A DNA stretch of 63,648 nt, filler included, from an uncultured Methanoregulaceae archaeon (GTDB taxonomy: Archaea; Halobacteriota; Methanomicrobia; Methanomicrobiales; Methanospirillaceae): assembly GCA_964530035.1 (NCBI GenBank). It is 7 parts of 7 records of this genome, joined end to end, with 100 filler letters (N's around TTAATTAATTAA, not from the genome) between each part and the next. Parts side by side here need not be neighbours in the genome. Positions count along the whole stretch, not along the records: positions 18,664 to 27,699 come from CAZGXZ010000102.1; positions 27,800 to 36,797 come from CAZGXZ010000103.1; 5 more parts are not named here. The stretch is one strand, 5' to 3'. The notes beneath the pieces are model-generated. The model was not told the DNA's origin. It did not search any database and was given only the letters and a program-made list of their open reading frames with translations. The translations under genes were made by a program, and so were the position numbers. Positions 21,013-29,671 of this stretch are shown here, piece by piece; position 1 is the stretch's first letter; each line of letters opens with the position of its first letter.

Positions 21013-21336
21013 ATGGCGTTTGAATGGGACCCTATAACCTTTGTGAACCTTGTGCTCTGCATCATCATTGTCGTCCTTGGATACCTGGGCTATACCCGGA
21101 CGAAAAACCGTCTTCCCCTGTATGTCGGGGGAGCTTTCGGTCTTTTCGGGGTCTCTCATGCCGCGATTCTTCTTGGTTACAAAAATCTCCTTACCTATCC
21201 GCTCATCGGTATACGGACTCTTGCGTACCTGCTGGTCATCTACGCCCTCTACCGCTTCTGGAAGGAGAGCATGCTGGCGATGGAGGCAAAGCAGGCGTGG
21301 ATTGACTTTTATCGCGAAGAGTCAAAAAAGGACTGA
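21013..21336 (+). CDS. Small membrane protein (about 3 TM)
   Basis: Three hydrophobic segments; GGAGG RBS before the ATG. Confidence 0.75.
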   Translation: MAFEWDPITFVNLVLCIIIVVLGYLGYTRTKNRLPLYVGGAFGLFGVSHAAILLGYKNLLTYPLIGIRTLAYLLVIYALYRFWKESMLAMEAKQAWIDFYREESKKD

Positions 21337-21476
21337 TACCGGACGGATACCAGGGAAAAACCGTGACGGGTAAACTATGCCGTGAAAAACCAGCGCCCGT
21401 TTTTTCAGGCCTCGTCTGATCTCGTGCACGGTATTCCCGCCCGGGGTTGACAGGCACCCGGTGACTAGAGGGGGGG

Positions 21477-21869
21477 TCAATCCGCCTGTTTTTTTACCAG
21501 CGCCCGGCAATGCCCGTTTTTCGTCCCGCCTTCCCCGTTTCCAGAAACATCAAGGTACTGTACTCCCCATTCACAGAGTGCATCCATGATGGGAAAAAGG
21601 GTCTTTCCGAACTCAGTGATGGAATAATCGACCCGGGGGGGGACCTCAGGGTAGACCTCCCGCCTGACCACGCCGTCCTCCTCCAGCTCACGAAGCTGCT
21701 TGGTCAGCATCTTGGCATTGACCCCCTCTAGTTTCTTCTGAAGCTCGCTGAACCTGAGCACGTCGTTTCCGAGATGCCATATGATGAGCGGCTTCCATTT
21801 ACCCCCGATGACATCAAGTGCCGCTTCAACCGGGCAGTGATAGGTCTTCCCGTTCCTGGTGCAGTTCAT
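21477..21869 (-). CDS. HxlR/HypR-family winged-HTH regulator
   Basis: CPVEAALDVIGGKWK, LRFSEL, LTKQLRELEEDG, PPRVDYS. Confidence 0.95.
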   Translation of the reverse strand: MNCTRNGKTYHCPVEAALDVIGGKWKPLIIWHLGNDVLRFSELQKKLEGVNAKMLTKQLRELEEDGVVRREVYPEVPPRVDYSITEFGKTLFPIMDALCEWGVQYLDVSGNGEGGTKNGHCRALVKKQAD

Positions 21870-21979
21870 GGTAACCTTAATGTAAGTTAATTTCTTTTTT
21901 GTATGTATGGCCTATATTATTGGTTAAGATATATTATTTCTTAATAGTTCATATCGTTACCTATGGGCGATTCGTGAGT
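21870..21979. promoter_or_regulatory. Divergent promoter/operator region between HxlR and the flavoredoxin-nitroreductase operon
   Basis: AT-rich. Near-perfect palindrome TTAAGATATA-T-TATTTCTTAA (21924-21944); GGTAAC-N6-GTAAGT (21870-21887). Confidence 0.55.
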
Positions 21980-22044
21980 ATTGACCTTTTAAAGGCTCTG
22001 CAACCGAAACCACCTCCGGACGTTATGAACGTGGAAAATGAACC

Positions 22045-22635
22045 ATGGAAAAGATGGCAATTGGTACAAATTTCTTCATCCCGATGCCGGTGGTCCTTGT
22101 CGGGACGCAGGTTGGAGGAAAGGATAACTTCATGACCGTAGGGTGGTGTGCTCGTGCGAATGCAAATCCTCCCATGATCCTTTGCGGGATTGGAAACCAG
22201 CACTTCACCCCGAAAGGTATCCTGGAGACAGGGACATTCTCGGTGAACATCCCGTCTGCAGGCCTTGTGGAAAAGACGGACTACTGTGGCCTGGTCTCTG
22301 GTGCAAAAACCGACAAGTCGCATGTATTCGACGTGTTTTATGGCTCACTGAAGGTCGCTCCGATGATCCGCGAGTGCCCGGTGAACCTCGAATGCCGCGT
22401 TGCGCAGGCGGTCACCCTGCCGACGAACACGGTCTTCATCGGTGAGATCATGGGAGCCTATGCCGACCAGGAGGTCATGAAAAACGGAAAGCCTGATTTT
22501 TCCGCGATCGACCCGCTCCTCCTGACAATGCCTGACAACCAGTACTGGCGGCTTGGCGATAAGGTAGGGGATGCATGGAGTGCCGGGAAAACGATGAAAA
22601 CGAATCAGAACACCGGGCCGGAGGGAGGGTCCTGA
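22045..22635 (+). CDS. Flavin reductase family protein (flavoredoxin-like)
   Basis: PMPVVLVG, NFMTVGW, FSVNIPS, DYCGLVSG, IRECPVNLEC. Confidence 0.92.
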   Translation: MEKMAIGTNFFIPMPVVLVGTQVGGKDNFMTVGWCARANANPPMILCGIGNQHFTPKGILETGTFSVNIPSAGLVEKTDYCGLVSGAKTDKSHVFDVFYGSLKVAPMIRECPVNLECRVAQAVTLPTNTVFIGEIMGAYADQEVMKNGKPDFSAIDPLLLTMPDNQYWRLGDKVGDAWSAGKTMKTNQNTGPEGGS

Positions 22636-23453
22636 TGGTCTCCGTCCTGGTCGACACGGACCTCTGCACGAGGTGCGGGATATGTTCAAAGATATGCCCG
22701 GCCATGATCATCAGACCGGCAGATGAAAATACCCTGCCTGCCGTCTCAGAGGAGCGGTCGGGGATGTGCATCACGTGCGGGCATTGCGAGGCCGCCTGCC
22801 CGTCCGGGGCGCTTATGCTAAGTTTCCACGGCAGTGAGAGGGAGATTATTTCACCCGGTACAGGCGTGATCCCTGCTGATGAACTAGGGATTTATATGAA
22901 AAAACGGCGTTCCGTCCGCCATTACAAGAAGAAACCCGTCCCAAGGGAGCTGGTCGAAAGTATCCTCGATATTGCCCGTTATGCCCCATCCGGGGGGAAT
23001 GCGCAGCCCGTACAGTGGCTTGTCGTCCAGGACCCGGAGGAGGTCCGGAAGCTTGCAGGCCTGACCGCAGACTGGATGAAGGGCCTCATGGGGAGCGGTC
23101 ACCCCATGGAGGGGTATGTTTCTCCGTTCATCGCTGCATGGGATAAAGGTTCAGACCAGATATGCCGGGGTGCCCCGCACCTCGTGATCGCCCACGTACC
23201 TGCAGACAACCCGGGAGCCATGGTCGACGCAATTATCGCCCTTACCTACTTTGACCTTGCAGCCCCTTCGTTTGGAATAGGGACGTGCTGGGCGGGATTT
23301 CTCTCTATCGCCGCGGCTTCGCACGAGCCACTCGTGCAGGCCCTCTCCCTTCCGCCGGGGAGGAAATGTGCCTATGGGCTGATGTTCGGGTATCCGCAAT
23401 ACCAGTTCCACCGTGTACCGGAGCGTAACCAGGTACAGGTTACATGGCGGTAG
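22635..23453 (+). CDS. Nitroreductase with N-terminal 2x[4Fe-4S] domain
   Basis: Two CxxCxxCxxxCP motifs, RRSVRHY, APSGGNAQP, GTCWAG. TGATG overlap with the upstream gene. Confidence 0.93.
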   Translation: MVSVLVDTDLCTRCGICSKICPAMIIRPADENTLPAVSEERSGMCITCGHCEAACPSGALMLSFHGSEREIISPGTGVIPADELGIYMKKRRSVRHYKKKPVPRELVESILDIARYAPSGGNAQPVQWLVVQDPEEVRKLAGLTADWMKGLMGSGHPMEGYVSPFIAAWDKGSDQICRGAPHLVIAHVPADNPGAMVDAIIALTYFDLAAPSFGIGTCWAGFLSIAAASHEPLVQALSLPPGRKCAYGLMFGYPQYQFHRVPERNQVQVTWR

Positions 23454-23871
23454 ACTTCCCTCATAAAACGCTGTGTGATGAGACCTGCATCGGGACCATC
23501 CAGCCCCGGAACCGTTTCATCAGGTCGGGGACCTGGGAATAATGCCCGATGAGAAAAGCCGGCCTGCTTTCCCTCATTTTAGGGTTTTACCAGGAACGGG
23601 CTGATGCAGGGATCGGCCTCATCATTTTCAGTGCAACCACGACCGTTCCCTGGTCAACAGGACGTGCGGGAACGATGGGGATACCTGATGACACCTTTTC
23701 TGCCGGTACCAGGGCCCGATAAAGAGATCCCGGAAAATCCGCCTGGCAACCCGTGGGGAACAAAAACAGATACCTTAATCCCGCGGTGAGGTACATCGCG
23801 GTACACCGCGCACCAGGGAGTATTCCCGGTGCGGTGATGCTCCGGCCGGGACCGGACTATTTCAGGGGCAG

Positions 23872-26283
23872 ATGATCATGAGTGAGTCTAAGACAACCGT
23901 TCTTGAAGGGATGACCGTGAATTCGTCCATAGGGATCAGGCAGGTGGATTACGGGGGATCAGCGGTCTCCGGTTCCAGGATGGACGCTTCAAAGGCCTAT
24001 GCCGGAATTCCCGCCCTGTTGCAGAACGTGATAAACGAGAAGAACGCTGCAGCCTGGGCCGAAATCGTTACCAGGATTGATTATATCCATCTCCATGTTG
24101 CCAGTTCCCTCAAGTCACTTGATGTCGAGACAGGGTTTTCCAGGGAGGTCAGAAACGAGGTGCAGTCTGGCAAAGTCCTCCTTTTCAAACCGAACCTCGT
24201 GGGCCCGCAGGTCATCCACCCGGACACGCACGGCGAAGACCTCGGTGCGCCCGTGTGCACCGACTGGTCGGTAATCGCCGCCCTCATGAGGTGGTTTCAC
24301 GACAGTCTCGGCATCAGGTACCACCAGATGGCCCTCGGGGAGGCCTCGACATCCGGTTTTATCTGCGCGAACATCTTCAGCAGGAAGGCCGGGAGAGAGG
24401 TGACCACCGAGGCGGTCTTCGAAGGGAAATGCGGCGATTTCTACGGCGGATGGGCTTTTTACTTCGTCCGGAAGTACCTTGCCCACCACCACCCGTCCGA
24501 TCACACGGACGACCCCATGAAGGGATATGAAGAGAGCGTGTCCGGGACGTACCTGCCACCGGGGAAGGCCCGGGACCGGCTCATGGTCTATGACCTGAAC
24601 AAGATCGGAGACGACCTCTCCCGTGGCAGGACGGTACCGGTCCCGGGTGGGGCGAACTTCAGGGAGGTCACCCTCCACAAGGTCATTATCGGTGGCAATC
24701 CGCTTGACAGGAAAGACCTGGAAGAGTATCCCGGGTGTGTCCTGATCAACGTCCCCAAGCTGAAGATCCATGCCCAGGACCTCATCACCAATGCGATAAA
24801 GAACCTGGGTATCGGACTTTACCCGGTCCAGTGTCCTGAACGGAGCGTGAACGGCCATACCACCTATAAATACTCACTTCCCTCATCAGGCCTGCCCTCC
24901 TTCAAGGCCAAGCTCCCGCACATGCCCTGGGTCGTCGAGATCGACGAGAAGACAAACCTCCCCCTGAAAGACAAAAACGGGGAGTACCTCGCGACCAAAA
25001 CCGACGGCATGCCCGGCACACAGTCCGACGTGATACGGGCGACCCAGGACCAGGGGGTATACATCGTCCATGTCTCTGATTCAATTGACATGATCAACCT
25101 GAACCACAACCCGGAAGGCATCGCGGTCAGGATCCCGGAGGGCTACATCTTCTCCTCGCTCGACTGTGTTGCCCTTGACCTGATGACGGCCAGGTACTGT
25201 TTCAAGACCGTTCCGATGGCTGAAGGGCTGAGGCTCAAAGAGCAAAACGGCTGGAACACGGAGTTTGTCCACCATGTCCCGGTTGCGGAGCCCGAGGGAA
25301 AGGACATCGTCACGAGGGAAGGCCTTGACTCCCCCCTTTTCAGGTACAACCTCTACAGCTATGCCGAAAAGCGGGGAGTGGGGAAACAGCAGTATTACGT
25401 GACCGGGTGGGACCGTGTTACGGGCACGCCCCTTGCTTCTCTTTCCGGTCATCTTGGCCGTATCGAGGGGCAGAAATTCGTGGAACTCATGACAGGTACC
25501 ATGTATTACAACCCGACCTGCATGCTCTGGGACATGCAGAGGACCCTCCTGAGTTATGCCGAAGCGCATGACCGCCTGACAGGTTCCACGTTGTTGAAGG
25601 AGTTCATGGACGCGTTCGACGAGAACAAGGACGGCGTTATCGACTATGATGAGAATGGCAGGAAAGGGTACTGGTCACCAGGATTCGGTATCCTTTCTGC
25701 AGCCCTTGACACCCAGCTGACCGAGGAGTACGGTGCGTTCAAGGGTCATTTCTACCAGCAGGCCAACTTCCTCCTGAAAAACTCTTTCAGTCACTGGAAT
25801 GGCAACGGGCATGATTTCACCTACGAGTACCTGCTGGTAATCACGGCCACCCTCGCGTACAACCTTTCCAGATCCGAATCAACGAACAAGGATGATTTCG
25901 TCGCCGGCATGAGCTGGGGACGGGGAAAATGGCCGAGCTGGCAGCACGCCCTGAGGACGGGGTTCATGGGCATTGTGTACGGCGGTACGAGCCTGGAACA
26001 GGCCGGGCTCTCGTCCCTGTATGGCGATGCGTTCCAGTACGCTGATAAAACCCTGAACAACGGGGGCTATACCGGGAGCACCGACCAGATGGTCACCGAC
26101 CCCGGCGCCATGGCCGCCTATCTGAAAGCCCTCAGAAACGGGGCAGCCCCGCTGGACTTCACCCTGTACGTGCCCGAAGGGTTTGGAAGCCTTGGCCGGG
26201 AGAAGGTACCGAACGTCGTGGAGACCTCCGACCCTGCACGGATCTTCACCGCCCATTTCAACGGCGGACGTGAGGTCTGGTAA
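23872..26283 (+). CDS. Large DUF362-domain protein (803 aa) with EF-hand-like loop
   Basis: LFKPNLV, INVPKLKIH..ITNAIKNLGIG, DCVALD; DENKDGVIDYDE. Confidence 0.8.
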   Translation: MIMSESKTTVLEGMTVNSSIGIRQVDYGGSAVSGSRMDASKAYAGIPALLQNVINEKNAAAWAEIVTRIDYIHLHVASSLKSLDVETGFSREVRNEVQSGKVLLFKPNLVGPQVIHPDTHGEDLGAPVCTDWSVIAALMRWFHDSLGIRYHQMALGEASTSGFICANIFSRKAGREVTTEAVFEGKCGDFYGGWAFYFVRKYLAHHHPSDHTDDPMKGYEESVSGTYLPPGKARDRLMVYDLNKIGDDLSRGRTVPVPGGANFREVTLHKVIIGGNPLDRKDLEEYPGCVLINVPKLKIHAQDLITNAIKNLGIGLYPVQCPERSVNGHTTYKYSLPSSGLPSFKAKLPHMPWVVEIDEKTNLPLKDKNGEYLATKTDGMPGTQSDVIRATQDQGVYIVHVSDSIDMINLNHNPEGIAVRIPEGYIFSSLDCVALDLMTARYCFKTVPMAEGLRLKEQNGWNTEFVHHVPVAEPEGKDIVTREGLDSPLFRYNLYSYAEKRGVGKQQYYVTGWDRVTGTPLASLSGHLGRIEGQKFVELMTGTMYYNPTCMLWDMQRTLLSYAEAHDRLTGSTLLKEFMDAFDENKDGVIDYDENGRKGYWSPGFGILSAALDTQLTEEYGAFKGHFYQQANFLLKNSFSHWNGNGHDFTYEYLLVITATLAYNLSRSESTNKDDFVAGMSWGRGKWPSWQHALRTGFMGIVYGGTSLEQAGLSSLYGDAFQYADKTLNNGGYTGSTDQMVTDPGAMAAYLKALRNGAAPLDFTLYVPEGFGSLGREKVPNVVETSDPARIFTAHFNGGREVW

Positions 26284-26336
26284 CACTTCATGAAGCCCCT
26301 GGATGATCACGTAAAGATACCCGCAGGTGCTTTCCG

Positions 26337-27062
26337 ATGACAACCGTGATCGATGCCCGGGACCTTTCAAAGGTATATGGCAGTGTAACGGCCGTGGACC
26401 ATGTCAGTCTCTCGGTTGATGAGGGAGTCCTTTTCGGACTGCTGGGGCCGAACGGTTCAGGGAAGACGACGATGATCAGGATGCTGACCGGCCAGGTCAG
26501 GCCTGCAGGAGGGTCCGCATCGGTGCTCGGGATCGATGTCGTCAAAGACCCGATCGGGGTGAGGGAGCGGGTCGGCATCATCCCGGAGCAGGAGACACCT
26601 CCGAGTTTCCTGACCGCAACGGAGTACCTGGACTTCGTGGGTGCGGTCAGGAAGGTCCCTGATAGTGCAGAAAAAGCAGAATGGTGGTTTGATTTCCTGG
26701 ACTTCGCCGATAAGAGGGACGTCCTGTGCAAGGACCTGTCACGGGGGACCCGTCAGAAACTCATGTTTGCCCAGGCATTCATCCATGAACCTGCACTCGC
26801 CCTGATCGACGAACCGTTGATCAACTTCGACCCGATCATGCAGGACCTGGTCAAGGACTACCTGGCCGGGTATGTCAGGAAGGGGCGGACTGTTTTCATC
26901 TCGACCCATATCCTCGAGGTCGCCGAGGAGATCTGCACGGGGTTTGCCGTTCTCCACAAGGGTAAACTCCTCCATACCGGGACGATTGCGGACCTGGCCG
27001 GGAAAAATGAGCACCTGTCTGCATTTTTCCTCTCCCTTGTCAGGAAGGACCGCCATGCATGA
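26337..27062 (+). CDS. ABC transporter ATP-binding protein
   Basis: GPNGSGKT, LSRG signature, LIDEP, STH. Confidence 0.95.
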   Translation: MTTVIDARDLSKVYGSVTAVDHVSLSVDEGVLFGLLGPNGSGKTTMIRMLTGQVRPAGGSASVLGIDVVKDPIGVRERVGIIPEQETPPSFLTATEYLDFVGAVRKVPDSAEKAEWWFDFLDFADKRDVLCKDLSRGTRQKLMFAQAFIHEPALALIDEPLINFDPIMQDLVKDYLAGYVRKGRTVFISTHILEVAEEICTGFAVLHKGKLLHTGTIADLAGKNEHLSAFFLSLVRKDRHA

Positions 27063-27699
27063 ACTGTTCAGCGCCATGATGAAGGAGGAGTGGAGGGTCC
27101 ACTCCACCATGTTCGGGAACCTGTCATTCGCACTCTTCCCGGTCATGATCTTCGGGATCTCCTTCATGAGTTCGTTTCTCATCCCGATTATGTCCGTTGC
27201 AGTCCCCCCCGGGGGCCTCACCCTGATCGTGCACGCCAATTTCCTGCTCCTGGGGTTCATGGTCGGTGCCTTCGGCCTCCTCGGCAGCGAGGTCATGAAC
27301 CGGAGGTTCGGGCAGGCGAGCCTCCTCGCATACTCGGCACGGAGCCTGCCCCTCTCGGAGCGGCATATATTCACGACGTTCGTGGTAAAGGACATCGTGT
27401 ATTACTTCATCCTGTGGGTGATGCCGTTCTGGGCCGGCTATATCCTCGCATCACCGTTTACCGGCGTCCCTTTCTCCCGGGCCTGCCTCCTCCTGCTCAC
27501 CGTCACCTTTTCCTTCCTGTCAGGTCTGTGCCTGGTCTTCTTCCTCTCATCGCTCTACGCCCGTTCCCGTACCGCCCTTGCAGCCTGTCTCATGGTCCTC
27601 TTCGGAGTTTCGGGGATTCTCGTCGCGTTCACCGGCCTGAACCCCGTTCTTCTGTTCCCCCCCCTGCTCCTGTACTCCTCGTTTTCATGGACGAACCTC
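27055..27699 (+). CDS. Probable ABC exporter permease (3' truncated)
   Basis: Multi-TM ORF starting MHELFSAMMKEEWR, overlapping the ATPase stop. Confidence 0.8.
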
Positions 27700-27799
27700 N
27701 NNNNNNNNNNNNNNNNNNNNNNNNNNNNNNNNNNNNNNNNNNNTTAATTAATTAANNNNNNNNNNNNNNNNNNNNNNNNNNNNNNNNNNNNNNNNNNNN
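27700..27799. other. Artificial contig linker
   Basis: N44-TTAATTAATTAA-N44. Confidence 0.99.
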
Positions 27800-27873
27800 A
27801 GGACGCACCGGAGAAATGCCCGGTCTGCGACCACCCGAAGGCATTCTTCGAGTTGCTCGCCGAGAACTATTGA
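27800..27873 (+). CDS. rbr: Rubrerythrin C-terminal fragment (5' truncated)
   Basis: Manual translation DAPEKCPVCDHPKAFFELLAENY*, the typical rubrerythrin end. Confidence 0.85.
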
Positions 27874-27874
27874 T

Positions 27875-27922
27875 TTCATCTTTTTTCCAGGTTCAGGGAA
27901 GGTTTTCCTTTCCCTCTGGAAC
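27875..27922 (+). terminator. Possible terminator after rubrerythrin
   Basis: T-tract plus hairpin TTCCAG..AGGGAAGG-TTTT-CCTTTCCCT-CTGGAA. Confidence 0.4.
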
Positions 27923-28140
27923 TGGCATGTTTTCGCTGCCGGTCGCATGGTGAATACGGAGCGGCGGGGTATCATGAGGGGATTCGTCCCGGTAAGGGAC
28001 GCTTTCCGTGGAGATCAAGACCTTTGAGCCCCTTCCTCTCTGGATCCATCCGGGACAGGCCGCTCTCCCTGAAAGGATTCATGAGCGCCCCGGACCCACC
28101 ACTTCCTGCATGAAGTGCACGCAGGAGGCCTGAAAGTCTG

Positions 28141-28716
28141 GTGCGACTCGCATTCGTCCTGTACAGCGGAGTCACCACCCTGGACTTCGCAGGTATGTAC
28201 GACCCGCTGACACGGCTGAAGACGATGGGGTTCATGCCGGACCTCGAATACAACGTCTGTTCGCGGGAGGGGACGGTCCGGACGTATGAAGGGCTCGTGA
28301 TAGCCCCGGACACGGTCGGCGGGGACCTCGGCCGTTACGATTACGTCCTGGTGCCCGGCGGGAACGGCATACAGGACCTCGTAAAAGACCGGGAGTTCCT
28401 GTCGTGGCTTGCAGTCCCGCCAGGCAGGACTGTCCTGGCAGCGGTCTGTGGCGGGGCGCTCCTCCTCGGTGCGGCCGGGCTTCTCCGGGACAGAAAGGTG
28501 ACGACCCATCCGCAGTTCCGGGAGGTGCTCACACGCTTCGCCCGGACGGTCACGGCTGACCGGGTGGTCGATGACGGGACGGTCGTCACGGCAGGCGGCG
28601 TGACGGCAGCAATCGACCTCGGGCTCTACCTCTGTGAACGGATAGCCGGGCCTGGCGTGAGGATGAAGATACAGGCACAGATGGACTACCCAGGGTATTC
28701 GTCCTCCAAGGAGTAA
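28141..28716 (+). CDS. DJ-1/PfpI family protein
   Basis: LVPGGNG, AVCGGALLLGAAG, TTH, TAGGVTAAID. Confidence 0.93.
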   Translation: MRLAFVLYSGVTTLDFAGMYDPLTRLKTMGFMPDLEYNVCSREGTVRTYEGLVIAPDTVGGDLGRYDYVLVPGGNGIQDLVKDREFLSWLAVPPGRTVLAAVCGGALLLGAAGLLRDRKVTTHPQFREVLTRFARTVTADRVVDDGTVVTAGGVTAAIDLGLYLCERIAGPGVRMKIQAQMDYPGYSSSKE

Positions 28717-28858
28717 TGGCAACCCTCATACCTGAAAATCTTGTGTTCTGGATATCCCGCCAGGGGTAGCCGTATCATTTCGGTGGCATGAACCGGCAGC
28801 TGATGCCTGGAAGATAGTCCGGAATGGCGCCCGGGAGCATGCTGTAGGAAGGGATGCT

Positions 28859-29077
28859 CTTCCAAATATACGTGGAAGGACATGTTCCCTCCCCGTGGGG
28901 TTGAACCGGGCCGTTCTGATTATGGATTGCCACGGTTATCGCATTTGGGGGGCATGGGGGGGGCGGCAGCCCCCCGAAAATGGTTAGTGTAAACCAGGTT
29001 AGATCAAGCCAGCAAACAAGAATATACAAAGCCCAGGAAGGATAGGCCGCCGCCCCCGAAGGGCGCCCCGGCGGCGG
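28859..29077. repeat. Hairpin-rich intergenic repeat element, copy 1
   Basis: Stacked inverted repeats including GGGGGGC-GGCA-GCCCCCC (28958-28975), also present at 54923-54940. Boundaries approximate. Confidence 0.65.
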
Positions 29078-29377
29078 ATTCAAGGCCTTTCAGGTGACTG
29101 AAAAAGGTCGGAAAAATATGAATCAAATACAGAAGGAAGGGGAAAGACACCGGTTAAACCCGGAATTTAAAAATGCTTACGGTGTACCCCGGCTATCGTA
29201 TGCAGGGGGTATGTGGAGCGGCAGCTTCCTGGGAATGGTGTTATTTACTGAAAGGAGATCCCAATTGAAACGCTTGCACACCCGGTCCGGCAGAAAACAG
29301 ACCAGGGTAATCAGAACCCCTGGCGGAGGATCCCCTGTCAACAGGGTGAAAGGCTATCCCTTTCCGGGCATATCCGG

Positions 29378-29539
29378 CTATTTCCCTGCCAGTCCTTTCA
29401 GGACCTCTTCGGGGAGCAACTTTGCAATACCCGCCTTGGTAGGGCAGCGGCCAAGCTTCAGGCCCCGTTTCTTCGCTTCCTCCTTGAGCACTTTCGTGTC
29501 TATGCTCTTTAAGAGAGCGTCCAGTTCCTCCTGCTCCAT
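29378..29539 (-). CDS. Small basic helical protein (53 aa), absent from the ORF track
   Basis: [53 protein letters not shown]; amphipathic helices; downstream of the 7TM kinase on the same strand. Confidence 0.7.
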   Translation of the reverse strand: MEQEELDALLKSIDTKVLKEEAKKRGLKLGRCPTKAGIAKLLPEEVLKGLAGK

Positions 29540-29671
29540 ATCGATCGGAGAAGGATTGGGACCCGACCCGATAATGCTTCCGTCCTGCCTGTCCCTTGGC
29601 GGAGCATGGTGTGGATTTTCTTCTTAAATCGCCTTATGGGCCGGGAAAGGGATGCATCGGAGCGTCCGGGG

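Noticed and set aside
28775..29083. 102-aa minus-strand ORF
   Set aside because: Translates the GC hairpin repeat (poly-Pro/Gly). Most likely spurious.
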